64,000 nt of DNA from Ekhidna sp. (GTDB taxonomy: Bacteria > Bacteroidota > Bacteroidia > Cytophagales > Cyclobacteriaceae): contig NZ_OZ244926.1 in NCBI RefSeq assembly GCF_965221965.1, forward strand, positions 2,576,972-2,640,971. The letters are read 5' to 3'. Shown here one piece after another: positions 39,600-51,748 of this stretch. The notes under the pieces were generated by a model that searched no databases, was not told the DNA's origin, and saw only the letters and a program-made list of their open reading frames with translations. Position 1 is the first letter of the stretch. The number at the start of each line of letters is the position of its first letter. The position numbers and the translations under genes are program-made.

Positions 39600-40796
39600 C
39601 TATTTAAAAGCAGGAATACCTGTGATTTCCGCACCAAGTATCAGCAAATGGATATCATGAGTACCTTCATAAGTCACTACCGACTCAAGGTTCATCATGT
39701 GTCGCATCATTGGATATTCCCCAGTTATGCCCATACCTCCATGAATTTGTCTTGCTTCTCTTGCAATATTTAATGCCACTTCCACGCTATTTCTTTTTGC
39801 CATTGAAATTTGAGATGTGGTGGCCTTTCCTTCGTCCATCATCTTACCAAGCTTCCAGTTTAGCAACTGAGCCTTAGTAATTTCAGTTAGCATCTCAGCC
39901 AGCTTCTTTTGAACCAACTGAAAAGCTCCAATCGGCTTTCCAAATTGTTCGCGTTCCAATGAGTATCTCTTAGCTGAATCATAGCAATCCATTGCTGCAC
40001 CAATCGCACCCCAGGCAATACCATATCTCGCTTTATCCAAACATCCCATCGGAGCTCCTAATCCATTTTTACCAGGCAATAAATTTTCTTTAGGAACTTT
40101 TACATCACTAAACACCAACTCACCGGTGCATGATGCTCTCAATGACCATTTTCCATGAGTCTCCGGTGTACTGAATCCTTCCATGCCTCGTTCCACAATC
40201 AAGCCATGGATTCGTCCTTCCTCGTTTTTGGCCCATACCACCGCAATATCTGCCTTTGGGGAATTGGAAATCCACATTTTAGCACCATTTAGCAAGTAGT
40301 AATCACCCATATCCTTAAAGTTGGTCTCCATCCCACTGGGATTCGAACCATGATTGGGCTCTGTGAGTCCAAAGCACCCAAGCATTTCACCGGACGCTAG
40401 TTTTGGTAGGTATTTTTTCTTTTGATTTTCCGATCCATACGCATAAATCGGATACATAACCAATGACCCCTGAACAGAAGCTGTAGACCGCATACCCGAG
40501 TCTCCACGCTCTATTTCCTGCATAATCAGACCATAGGAGATGTAATCAAGGCCTCCTCCCCCGTATTCAGCAGGAACAGTAGGTCCAAATGCTCCAACCT
40601 CTCCAAATTTCTTTACTATCTCCTCAGGAAAGTGATTTTTTTCTGCCCATCCTTCGATGAATGGAGTGATTTCCTTTTTTACAAAATCACGAACGGACGA
40701 TCGTATCAACTTATGTTCTTCGGTAAGTAGGTCGTCAAGGGCGTAAAAATCCGGTGATTCAAATTCATCTACAAAGTTTCGCTTTTCTGCACTCAT
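39600..40796 (-). CDS. gcdH: Glutaryl-CoA dehydrogenase-type acyl-CoA dehydrogenase
   Basis: GCFGLTEPNHGSNPSGMET and a C-terminal YEGTHDIH. The internal Met25 start (40796) gives about 398 aa and leaves a 77-nt divergent promoter region. The long ORF start at 40868 would leave only 5 nt. Confidence 0.8.
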   Translation of the reverse strand: MSAEKRNFVDEFESPDFYALDDLLTEEHKLIRSSVRDFVKKEITPFIEGWAEKNHFPEEIVKKFGEVGAFGPTVPAEYGGGGLDYISYGLIMQEIERGDSGMRSTASVQGSLVMYPIYAYGSENQKKKYLPKLASGEMLGCFGLTEPNHGSNPSGMETNFKDMGDYYLLNGAKMWISNSPKADIAVVWAKNEEGRIHGLIVERGMEGFSTPETHGKWSLRASCTGELVFSDVKVPKENLLPGKNGLGAPMGCLDKARYGIAWGAIGAAMDCYDSAKRYSLEREQFGKPIGAFQLVQKKLAEMLTEITKAQLLNWKLGKMMDEGKATTSQISMAKRNSVEVALNIAREARQIHGGMGITGEYPMMRHMMNLESVVTYEGTHDIHLLILGAEITGIPAFK

Positions 40797-40873
40797 CAGG
40801 GGATGGGTTTTATGTCTGTTGTTAAAATTTTCCGCCAAATTTACAACCATAAAACGCAACGAAGACAACTACT

Positions 40874-41833
40874 ATGGCGGAAAAGAAGATAGATGAAAAT
40901 ATTCTACAGCAACTCACCAAACTCGAAGAAAAATATGAGGCGATGGGGCAGGATTTATCCAGCTACCTGGATGGCTTGCTTTACTCGGACTACCTTACTT
41001 ACTGGGATTATATCCACCTAGACACTCTTCTAAGTCTACAAAATCCGCGAACAGCTATTCCTGACGAGAAAATATTTATTCTTTATCACCAGGTTACAGA
41101 GCTCTACTTTCGAATGATCCTGAATGAGATGGAGCAAGCCACTTACTCCGATCCTGTAGGTGAAAAAACATTCCTCAAAAGACTCAGGAGAATTAACCGG
41201 TACCTCGATCACCTCATTGATTCGTTTGATGTGATGACAGAGGGAATGGATCAGGATCAGTTTTTGGCCTTTCGTATGGCACTTCTTCCTGCCAGTGGTT
41301 TCCAGTCCGCCCAATATCGTAAGATTGAAATCCACTCAACAGACTATATACACCTAATCAACCTGGACAAAAGAGAGGAATTAGAAAACGAGAAAGATAT
41401 TTCAAAGCTCTATGAGTTCTTATACTGGAAAGCAGGCGCCACTGAACTGGCTACAGGCAAGAAAACCCTGACACTCCGGCAGTTTGAAGCTAAATATGGA
41501 AAAGAGTTTATTGAAATGGGAGAAAACCTGATGAACTGCAATTTACTTAGGAAGTACCATAATCATTATGAAGGAAATGAGGAGGTAATTGCTGAACTGA
41601 AAAAGCTTGATCAAAAAGCCAATGTTGATTGGCCACTGCAGCACTTGAAATCAGCTACAAGGTATTTACAACGTGACCCTGATGTAATCAAAGCATCGGG
41701 TGGAACTAACTGGCAGAAATATCTCCCTCCTCGTAGGCAAAGAATTATCTTCTATCCGGAGCTATGGACCGAGGAAGAAACCAGGGAATGGGGACAGAAA
41801 TTCAAAAAAGCGCTAACCAGTACACATGCTTAG
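40874..41833 (+). CDS. kynA: Tryptophan 2,3-dioxygenase
   Basis: YWDYIHLDTLLSLQ, FILYHQVTELYF and GFQSAQYR blocks are typical of bacterial TDO. Confidence 0.8.
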   Translation: MAEKKIDENILQQLTKLEEKYEAMGQDLSSYLDGLLYSDYLTYWDYIHLDTLLSLQNPRTAIPDEKIFILYHQVTELYFRMILNEMEQATYSDPVGEKTFLKRLRRINRYLDHLIDSFDVMTEGMDQDQFLAFRMALLPASGFQSAQYRKIEIHSTDYIHLINLDKREELENEKDISKLYEFLYWKAGATELATGKKTLTLRQFEAKYGKEFIEMGENLMNCNLLRKYHNHYEGNEEVIAELKKLDQKANVDWPLQHLKSATRYLQRDPDVIKASGGTNWQKYLPPRRQRIIFYPELWTEEETREWGQKFKKALTSTHA

Positions 41834-43676
41834 AGTTAGTGGCTATATCACTATCATATTTTCAATTGCCTTTGCTCAAGCACAGATTAAGCAAGGAAAA
41901 AACTATTATGATTCTGATAGTACCAATATCAGTGAAGTATATCATTATTCGATTCAGGACTCTATGCTCAATGGAGAATATGAGTCCTTTTACCTTAATG
42001 GGTCTCTAAAAACCTATGGATGGTATAAGAATAATCAACCTGACAGTATTTGGAAGTACTTCTATGAAAATGGTAGAAAAAAGGCTGAGGGTAGATTTAA
42101 AAATGGAATACCTTCCGGCTATTGGAGGTATTATTTTGAAAATGGTAACCTTAAATCAGAAGGTATTCTGAGAGGAAATTCAAAAGAGGGGCATTGGAAA
42201 TTCTATTACGAAAACGACGGAGAAAAGAGCAACGGTGAATATGCAAATAACTCCAAAACCGGAATCTGGAATTATTTCTATGAAGATGGATCTTTAAAGG
42301 CACAATCAATCATAGAAAATGGTTTAGGTCAGTATACAGAATTCTATCCCTCAGGAGCAAGAAGAATGGAGGGCACAAACAGAAATGATAAAAGCGAAGG
42401 AGAATGGATTTACTATTACGAATCAGGTGAACTTGAGGCTATCGGAGAGTTTAGCAATGGGTTGAAAACCGGGGTATGGACCTATTATCACAAGAATGGA
42501 GAAAAGGCCGCAATCGGAAATTTTTATAAGGGTCAGAGAAATGGAGAGTGGGAATATTATCACCAAAATGGAAAGCTTAGCCAGTCAGGGAAAATAGCAG
42601 AAGATGAAAAAGACGGGTACTGGAAACTTTTCTACCCTACCGGTGAAATGTTGGGTGAAGTCACTTTCGACGAAGGGGACGGAATGTTTAATGAATACTA
42701 CCCGAGTGGAAATCAAAAATCAAAAGGCCAAATCATTGACGGAGAGAAAACAGGTAAATGGTACTACTATAGTGAAAAAGGGCAGCTCGAAGGGGAAGCA
42801 GACCTGAAAAAAGGTGCAGGAGAATACATCGGCTACTACCCTGATGGCAGCATAAAAATGAAAGGGCAGGTGAAGGATGACAAGCGTGTCGGAGAATGGA
42901 CCTTGTACAATCCTGATGGAAGTACCGCAGGAACCTACCGGCCTATCTATGAAAATACCCAGCCAATTTTCAAGACCAGAATTACACAAGATGCGGAAAA
43001 CAAAGAATCCCTGGATAAACCAAACTATCATCCTGAAAAGCGAGGGTTGAGGTACTTTTTACCCAGAGTAAATGAATATAAGGGATTCATTATTGCATCA
43101 AATCCTGTATGGCTCCTCGATGAGCAGCTACCAATAGCCATTGAATATTACATTCAGGAACGTTTGGGTTATGAATTACAATTTGACATCATTCGATCTC
43201 CTTTCTTCACGCCTGATGAGAAGATAGGAGATTATCAGGTTTACAGCCGTGGAGTTAAAATTCATTTCAGACAAAAATTTTACCACGCTGATTCAAAGCT
43301 GGGCATGTTTTACTTTGGACATGAAGTCAATTTCAAATACCTGAGCAACAAAGTAAATCACCTTGACACCCTCCGAAATCCCCCTCCCCAATTGAAGGGA
43401 AACCTCATTGAAACCAGCTACGGCTATGGCTTGTTCATAGGGAACAGATGGATGAAAGATGTAGGATCGTCCGGATTAACAATTGATGCCTTTTTAGGAG
43501 TTGGTGTAGCTAGTAGATCCTATAAGGAAGATTACGCACCAAGTCAATTAAGCCTGCTCGATGAACGTCTGGATCCCTATTTCAGTGATGACATCAAATC
43601 ATCCGTTCACTTTCCAATCATCATTGGACTGAATATCGGATTTGCAGTAACGAAAAGTAAGAGCAAGACCCAATGA
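41826..43676 (+). CDS. Secreted MORN-variant/YwqK-type repeat protein with a C-terminal beta-barrel-like domain
   Basis: Has a signal peptide and more than 12 tandem 23-aa repeats of type G.W.YYYENG.LK.EG.F.NG. The last roughly 230 aa have alternating beta-strand character. Its start overlaps the kynA stop by 8 nt. Confidence 0.7.
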   Translation: MLRVSGYITIIFSIAFAQAQIKQGKNYYDSDSTNISEVYHYSIQDSMLNGEYESFYLNGSLKTYGWYKNNQPDSIWKYFYENGRKKAEGRFKNGIPSGYWRYYFENGNLKSEGILRGNSKEGHWKFYYENDGEKSNGEYANNSKTGIWNYFYEDGSLKAQSIIENGLGQYTEFYPSGARRMEGTNRNDKSEGEWIYYYESGELEAIGEFSNGLKTGVWTYYHKNGEKAAIGNFYKGQRNGEWEYYHQNGKLSQSGKIAEDEKDGYWKLFYPTGEMLGEVTFDEGDGMFNEYYPSGNQKSKGQIIDGEKTGKWYYYSEKGQLEGEADLKKGAGEYIGYYPDGSIKMKGQVKDDKRVGEWTLYNPDGSTAGTYRPIYENTQPIFKTRITQDAENKESLDKPNYHPEKRGLRYFLPRVNEYKGFIIASNPVWLLDEQLPIAIEYYIQERLGYELQFDIIRSPFFTPDEKIGDYQVYSRGVKIHFRQKFYHADSKLGMFYFGHEVNFKYLSNKVNHLDTLRNPPPQLKGNLIETSYGYGLFIGNRWMKDVGSSGLTIDAFLGVGVASRSYKEDYAPSQLSLLDERLDPYFSDDIKSSVHFPIIIGLNIGFAVTKSKSKTQ

Positions 43677-44041
43677 GTAAAAAAACAGCCATTCTTGGTG
43701 CCACGACTAATCCGGCACGATATGCCTACCTGGCAGCAGAGAGACTCTCTGCTCACAATCATGAAATTATTCCCATTGGAATTAAGAAAGGAACTGTATT
43801 TGGTCAGGAGATTTTAGACCTGAGACAAAAGCCGGACATCACAGGTATTGATACCGTGACCATGTATATTGGCCCACAAAATCAGAGGGAATGGGAAGAC
43901 TACATCATATCACTGAATCCGAAAAGGATCATCTTCAATCCCGGAGCAGAAAATCCATCACTGGCCCACAAGGCATCTGAAAACAACATTGAAACAATTA
44001 ATGCCTGCACCCTCGTCATGCTTGGAAATGGCCTTTATTGA
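43673..44041 (+). CDS. CoA-binding domain protein (YccU-like)
   Basis: KTAILGATTNPARYAY, a size of 122 aa, and ATGA overlap with the upstream gene. Confidence 0.75.
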   Translation: MSKKTAILGATTNPARYAYLAAERLSAHNHEIIPIGIKKGTVFGQEILDLRQKPDITGIDTVTMYIGPQNQREWEDYIISLNPKRIIFNPGAENPSLAHKASENNIETINACTLVMLGNGLY

Positions 44042-44060
44042 GAATTGAGATAAAAAATGA

Positions 44061-45440
44061 TCAATCCGCAGATGACTCATGAATAGCTATTGATGGCACA
44101 ACATTGACACCTTGTTCCATGAGTTTCTTTAGCGCCTCACGTGTTTCAAATTGTTCCGGATCATTCAAGTCAATATCAAGATTTCTCCAGAAAAAAGTCT
44201 TCAGGTTCAATTCATTAATCTGTCCGGGGATTTGGGAGATATCGGTATCTGAAATATCTAAATCTTCCAAACTCCTCATTCCTAAAACCTGCGCCGGAAA
44301 GGTTGGAATGTAATTATTCTGAAAATGAAAAACTCTAAGGCTATCTAGTTCCTCCAGTTGTTGCGGCACCTCACTTATCCTATTGTGATGAATATATAAT
44401 TCTTCCAGACCGCTCAAATCACCGATCTCATCCGGAATATCATAAAGAGAATTAAATGAAAGGTAGAGAATCTTTAGGCTTCTCAGTTTGGCTATGTCGG
44501 ACGGAATTTTCTCCAGTTCATTATAGTACAAGTCAATAACCTCCAACTGCTCCAAACCAAAAAGGTCAGCAGGAAGGTTCTGCAAATTATTTTTATAAAA
44601 AGAAATCTTCGAGAGGTTTTGGAGCGCTGAAATACCCTTGGAAATTTCAGAAAGTTCATTTACCTGAATCAACAACTCCTTTAATCCCGCCATTTTATAA
44701 AGTGAGGGATGGAGATATTCAATCTCGCATTTGTTTAGATGCAGAATCTCAAGATCCTTCAATAACCAATACCATCTTCTATTTATGACAACTGGATTCC
44801 TGGACAGATCCAATTCTCTAAGTGATTTTAATCTTCTACCCTTCCAGGTTGGGATTTTAGTGAAGGCATTATTTTCCAGTACCAATTCCTCCATGTCTTT
44901 CAGCCTATGGACCTTAGGTAGCTTTTTTAATCCATTTCCTGTCAGATCTAATTTTTCAATCCCTTCCTGCCGCTTAATTTTTGGCCTGTTCGTTCCCAAT
45001 TCATTATACCTCCAATAGATTCTTTTCAATTCAGAAAGATTATTGAGTGATTTTGGAAGCTCATGTATCTGATTATAATCCAGTATTAATATCTCAAGGC
45101 GCTCTGCATCATATACCCAATCAGGAATTTGACTCAGCCTTGCACCAGTAAGATCCAGCTCCTTTACTGATGAAAGATCAGATGCCTTATATTGATTGAT
45201 TCTGTCTACTGCCTCCTGGTATCTTTCCTCTTCTTTGATCTTCCTGATTGAATCCATGTATCTCTCAGGATCCTTCTCCCTCCTTCTTCTTATTTCCTCA
45301 ATACGCTTGAGCGTCTCTTCATACTGTTTGCGTCGTTCTATTGCAGTGCTGTCTTCTGTGCTCAGGTTAGTTTCTTGTGAAAAAACGGGTAGAATGAAGA
45401 TCAGAATAAATAGATATAGAAAGAGGTTTTTTGGCTGCAT
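44061..45440 (-). CDS. Secreted leucine-rich-repeat protein
   Basis: Has a signal peptide, a highly charged coiled-coil segment (RRKQYEETLKRIEEIRRRREKD), then about 13 LRRs of 22-23 aa (LxxLxLxxNxLxxLP). Confidence 0.8.
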   Translation of the reverse strand: MQPKNLFLYLFILIFILPVFSQETNLSTEDSTAIERRKQYEETLKRIEEIRRRREKDPERYMDSIRKIKEEERYQEAVDRINQYKASDLSSVKELDLTGARLSQIPDWVYDAERLEILILDYNQIHELPKSLNNLSELKRIYWRYNELGTNRPKIKRQEGIEKLDLTGNGLKKLPKVHRLKDMEELVLENNAFTKIPTWKGRRLKSLRELDLSRNPVVINRRWYWLLKDLEILHLNKCEIEYLHPSLYKMAGLKELLIQVNELSEISKGISALQNLSKISFYKNNLQNLPADLFGLEQLEVIDLYYNELEKIPSDIAKLRSLKILYLSFNSLYDIPDEIGDLSGLEELYIHHNRISEVPQQLEELDSLRVFHFQNNYIPTFPAQVLGMRSLEDLDISDTDISQIPGQINELNLKTFFWRNLDIDLNDPEQFETREALKKLMEQGVNVVPSIAIHESSAD

Positions 45441-45615
45441 TACAGGTTAGGTTTAAGAATGATTTTAAAGGTCGATTTTAACCATCAAAAACCTCGCCAA
45501 ATCGAGATAATTTTAGTACTTTTGAACCTTGAAAAAGACTACATTTTAAACATTTAAGAGCACTTTGAAAAGATTTGAAAATCATTCAATCTAAAGCTCT
45601 AATTCTTGTTTTTAA

Positions 45616-47583
<1,968 letters not shown>

Positions 47584-47584
47584 C

Positions 47585-47707
47585 TTACTTAGATAAAATA
47601 ATCTGATACATTGCCTGGATAAACTTCCAAATTACAGCGAACGTAAAAAGGATTGCAGACCCAAAAGCGAAAATGATCAGAAGAACAAAGTCTAAAATTT
47701 TTTCCAT
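47585..47707 (-). CDS. Possible 40-aa hydrophobic mini-protein (below the ORF-track cutoff)
   Basis: My own translation of the minus strand gives MEKILDFVLLIIFAFGSAILFTFAVIWKFIQAMYQIILSK followed by a stop. It has one clear TM helix and lies in an otherwise empty 183-nt gap. Confidence 0.25.
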   Translation of the reverse strand: MEKILDFVLLIIFAFGSAILFTFAVIWKFIQAMYQIILSK

Positions 47708-47787
47708 ACTCTTCAGGTTAATTGAGTTATTGAATATACGATTTAATTAACCAAGAAGATGATGAAATGTTAAACTATTTTTCCACT

Positions 47788-49620
47788 ATGAAATATAATT
47801 TTATTAAGAAAGTAATTTTCACTCTTTTATTTGGTTGTTACGCGTACTTCGGTCAAGCTCAAAACTACTGGCAACAACGAGTAGAATACACGATGGATAT
47901 CGATTTCAATGTCGAAAATCATCAATTTACGGGTGCTCAAACATTGAAATATTTCAACAATAGCCCGGATACGTTGGACAAAGTGTTTTATCATTTGTAT
48001 TTCAATGCTTTTCAGCCGGGAAGTATGATGGACACCAGAAGCAGAACCATTGAAGATCCTGATGGTCGTGTCAGAGATCGTATTTCAAAATTGGATGATT
48101 CGGAGATTGGCTTTCACAAAGTTCAATCGTTAACACAAAATGGTAAAGACCTGAAATTTCAAGTGGAAGGAACTGTGTTGGAAGTAGTTTTAGCAGACCC
48201 AATTCTTCCGGGTACCTCTACAGTTTTTGATATGACCTTTGAGAGCCAGGTCCCTGTACAAATCAGAAGAAGCGGGAGAAACAATGCTGAAGGAATAGAC
48301 TACAGCATGGCTCAATGGTATCCGAAGATGGCTGAATATGATGGAAGAGGTTGGCATACCCACCCGTATGTAGGAAGAGAGTTTTATGCCCCATGGGGAG
48401 ACTTTGAAGTAAACCTCACTATTAATAAGGATTATGTTGTAGCTGCAACTGGTACGCTGCAAAATCCTAATGAGATCGGGTATGGATATGAAGATGAAGG
48501 AACTAAAGTCAATCGGAAAGCAAAAACACTCACCTGGAAATTCAAAGCTGAAAATGTACATGATTTTGTTTGGGCCGCAGACCCGGATTATACACATACA
48601 AAAACCATGGTAGAAGGTGGTCCTGAAATTCACTTTTTCTACCAAAAGGGGGGCAAGACTGAAGCATGGGAAAAACTACCTGAAGCCACAGCAAAAGCCT
48701 TTGCATTCATTGAAGAAAACTATGGCGAGTACCCATATACACATTATTCCGTCATTCAAGGGGGAGACGGTGGTATGGAATACCCAATGGCAACCCTTGT
48801 TACCGGAGAGAGAAATTTTGGAAGCTTGTTGGGTGTGACTGTGCACGAAGCATTGCATTCTTGGTACCAGGGAGTTCTTGCTTTCAATGAAAGCTATTAT
48901 TCCTGGATGGATGAAGGATTTACATCCTATGTGCAGGACGAAACACTGGCTTATTTACGTGGTGACCAGGAAAATGCGCAAAAAGGTAATTATGCCAGCT
49001 ATGTCCGACTCACTCAAACTGGCAAAGAGGAGCCGATGAGTACACATTCAGACTTTTTCACTACCAATTATGCCTATGGTCGATCAGCCTATACCAAAGG
49101 AGCTATTACGCTGGCACAGATGAATTACCTGGTTGGAAAAGAGACTGCTCTAAGAGCTCAAAAGAAGTTTTATAACCAGTGGAAATTTAAACACCCGGAT
49201 GCTAATGATTGGATAAGAGTATTTGAAAAAGAATCGGGCCTTGAGTTAGATTGGTACCTGGATTTTTGGACAAATCATACACACACCATTGATTATGCAA
49301 TAGAATCCGTATCAGCGTCAGATAATAAAACCACCGTAAACCTTGAAAAGAAGGGTTATATGCCTATGCCTGTGGATGTTTATGTGACATTCAATGATGG
49401 ATCCAAGAAAATCTACTATGCCCCTCTTGTGATAATGAGAGGTGAAAAAGAAAATGAAACAGATCTGGAAAGAGTGGTACTGCCGGACTGGCCCTGGACA
49501 CACTCCACCTATCAGTTTACCATTGATAAGCCAATGAGTGAAATCTCTTCAATTGTGATTGATGAGACTGGTTATATGGCAGATGTGAACCGCGAAAACA
49601 ATATGTGGGAGAAGGATTAA
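47788..49620 (+). CDS. M1-family zinc metallopeptidase
   Basis: HEALH followed exactly 18 residues later by E (WMDEGF), which is the HExxH-x18-E pattern. Has a signal peptide. Confidence 0.85.
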   Translation: MKYNFIKKVIFTLLFGCYAYFGQAQNYWQQRVEYTMDIDFNVENHQFTGAQTLKYFNNSPDTLDKVFYHLYFNAFQPGSMMDTRSRTIEDPDGRVRDRISKLDDSEIGFHKVQSLTQNGKDLKFQVEGTVLEVVLADPILPGTSTVFDMTFESQVPVQIRRSGRNNAEGIDYSMAQWYPKMAEYDGRGWHTHPYVGREFYAPWGDFEVNLTINKDYVVAATGTLQNPNEIGYGYEDEGTKVNRKAKTLTWKFKAENVHDFVWAADPDYTHTKTMVEGGPEIHFFYQKGGKTEAWEKLPEATAKAFAFIEENYGEYPYTHYSVIQGGDGGMEYPMATLVTGERNFGSLLGVTVHEALHSWYQGVLAFNESYYSWMDEGFTSYVQDETLAYLRGDQENAQKGNYASYVRLTQTGKEEPMSTHSDFFTTNYAYGRSAYTKGAITLAQMNYLVGKETALRAQKKFYNQWKFKHPDANDWIRVFEKESGLELDWYLDFWTNHTHTIDYAIESVSASDNKTTVNLEKKGYMPMPVDVYVTFNDGSKKIYYAPLVIMRGEKENETDLERVVLPDWPWTHSTYQFTIDKPMSEISSIVIDETGYMADVNRENNMWEKD

Positions 49621-49627
49621 CCTTCTC

Positions 49628-50710
49628 CTACTCTTCGCCTTTTTCAACCTTCCCTTTAATGGTAATTATCTGTGTGGGAGCGACAGGGTCGTTGGAATAG
49701 ACAGTTATAGACTTATATTGATTACCACGCATTTCTGAGGTATCAAAAGAGACTTTAAGCGTCTGGCTTTTCCCTTTTTTGATACCTTTCTTTTTTAAGT
49801 CATAGGTAATGCACCCACAGTTTGACTTAACTGCACGCAGTTCCAATTTTTCCTTACCTGTGTTTGATAGCTCAAATTCCATTTCCAAAATAGAGCCCGC
49901 CGTGACTCGCCCAAAATCGTAAGACCGATCAGAAATCTCCAGTTTAGCAGCATTATCCAACTCCTCGGCCGTCATTTCGGGGAAATACTCCTCAATGACC
50001 GCAATCACTGACAGGTTTTCCTCAGAATCTTCACTCAATTGAATATTATCGCTCACAAAACCATAGTCAGCCTTTTTGATGGGATCGTAGGTAATTTTCA
50101 GCTGACCCACTTCTCTTGGATTCAAAAAATCCGGCACTAATTCTACCTGAATATGATCGGGAAGAATCATTTCATCAGCATTAAGAACTGCTATTGTATC
50201 AGAGTAATTAAACACATCAAACGTCTTCTCTACAGGTTTTTCAGTAGTGATCTTTCCAATATTCATTCCCCGATATTTGAGTCGTAAATCACCAACTAAA
50301 ACCGGAAATTCCTCTTCCGGGGTTTTTGGTTTCGGTTTCACAAAACCGGATATGTATAAGGTATGATTTGAGGACGGATCGCTGGTTGTTAATCGAAGCG
50401 ATTTTCTAAATCGTCCGGGCCTGTTTCTTGGGTTGTATTTTGCTTTTACATAGCCGGAATCTCCAGGCATCACTTCTTCCCTTGTCCAGCCAGGTGTTGT
50501 GCATCCGCAGGAAGCCTTCACTCGAGTGATTGTAATAGGCTCATCTCCTTTATTCACAAATCTGAAGGTAAACTCAGCAGGTCCTGCTTCTTCCATTATG
50601 TCACCAAAGTCATGATCCGTTTTCTCGAATTCCAATTTTGACTGGCTGTAAACAGTAGCAAAAAACAAAAGGGCTAAAATGGAAAAAATCGCTCTCATCT
50701 CTAATTTCAT
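49628..50710 (-). CDS. DUF1573-repeat protein
   Basis: Two copies of the DUF1573-like core (KASCGCTTP and KSNCGCITY), plus a signal peptide. Confidence 0.7.
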   Translation of the reverse strand: MKLEMRAIFSILALLFFATVYSQSKLEFEKTDHDFGDIMEEAGPAEFTFRFVNKGDEPITITRVKASCGCTTPGWTREEVMPGDSGYVKAKYNPRNRPGRFRKSLRLTTSDPSSNHTLYISGFVKPKPKTPEEEFPVLVGDLRLKYRGMNIGKITTEKPVEKTFDVFNYSDTIAVLNADEMILPDHIQVELVPDFLNPREVGQLKITYDPIKKADYGFVSDNIQLSEDSEENLSVIAVIEEYFPEMTAEELDNAAKLEISDRSYDFGRVTAGSILEMEFELSNTGKEKLELRAVKSNCGCITYDLKKKGIKKGKSQTLKVSFDTSEMRGNQYKSITVYSNDPVAPTQIITIKGKVEKGEE

Positions 50711-50776
50711 TTTTCAGTTCAACAGGCTCAATATTCAAAGCCTCAAATTATATAGGTTTGCACAAATTTTTAACCA

Positions 50777-51748
50777 ATGGCACGAATACTCACAGGTATC
50801 CAAAGTTCCGGGAAGCCTCACTTAGGCAACCTTCTGGGTGCAATTATACCTGCTATCGAATTATCGAAGAACAAGAATAATGAATCCTTCTTTTTCATCG
50901 CGGATTTGCACTCTCTTACTACCATCAAAGATCCGCAAGTTCGCACAGAAAATGTAAACGCAGTAGCAGCTGCATGGTTGGCCTGTGGTTTCGACACCTC
51001 TGCCAATACTTTTTATCGTCAATCCCGGGTCCCAGCCTGCTGCGAGCTCACATGGTATCTGAATTGTTTCACACCATTCCCAATGCTGGCAAACGCACAT
51101 TCATTCAAAGACAAATCTGATCGTTTAGCGGATGTAAATGCCGGGCTTTTTGATTACCCGGTATTGATGGCTTCAGATATTTTGCTTTATGATGCCGACT
51201 ATGTGCCAGTAGGCAAAGACCAGAAACAGCACCTGGAAATGACCAGAGATATCGCTTCTACTTTCAATCATCAATTTGGAGAGATATTCGTTTTGCCTGA
51301 AGCATTGATTGATGACAATGTAATGACCATACCGGGAATTGATGGTCAAAAAATGAGCAAAAGCTACGGTAACATTATTGATGTTTTTCTTCCGGAGAAA
51401 AAGCTTCGAAAGAACGTAATGCAAATTGTTACTGATAGCACCCCGATGGAGGAACCGAAAGACCCGGACACCTGCAATGTTTTTTCTATCTATAAACTTT
51501 TGGCTTCAGAAGATCAAGTCAAACAAATGCGCGGCAACTATGAGGGCGGCAATTATGGCTATGGCCATGCTAAACAAGAGCTTTTTGAACTACTGGTAGA
51601 TCGGTTTAAAGAGGAGAGAGAAAAATTTGATTATTACATGTCTAACCTTGATGAGTTAGAAGGAGAACTACAGAAAGGTGAGGTGAAAGCTGCAGAGGTG
51701 GCAAATGAAGTTTTAATGCGAGTGAAGAAAAAACTGGGCTATGCCTAA
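50777..51748 (+). CDS. trpS: Tryptophan--tRNA ligase
   Basis: GIQSSGKPHLGNLLG (HIGH-type) and KMSKS. Confidence 0.95.
   Translation: MARILTGIQSSGKPHLGNLLGAIIPAIELSKNKNNESFFFIADLHSLTTIKDPQVRTENVNAVAAAWLACGFDTSANTFYRQSRVPACCELTWYLNCFTPFPMLANAHSFKDKSDRLADVNAGLFDYPVLMASDILLYDADYVPVGKDQKQHLEMTRDIASTFNHQFGEIFVLPEALIDDNVMTIPGIDGQKMSKSYGNIIDVFLPEKKLRKNVMQIVTDSTPMEEPKDPDTCNVFSIYKLLASEDQVKQMRGNYEGGNYGYGHAKQELFELLVDRFKEEREKFDYYMSNLDELEGELQKGEVKAAEVANEVLMRVKKKLGYA

Noticed and set aside
39600-40868. Long start (40868) for the acyl-CoA dehydrogenase
   Set aside because: It would leave only 5 nt before the divergent kynA start and add 24 non-homologous-looking residues. Met25 (40796) gives a typical GCDH length.
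48190-48645. 151-aa minus-strand ORF
   Set aside because: It lies inside the M1 peptidase gene (intact HExxH-x18-E) and is a shadow frame.
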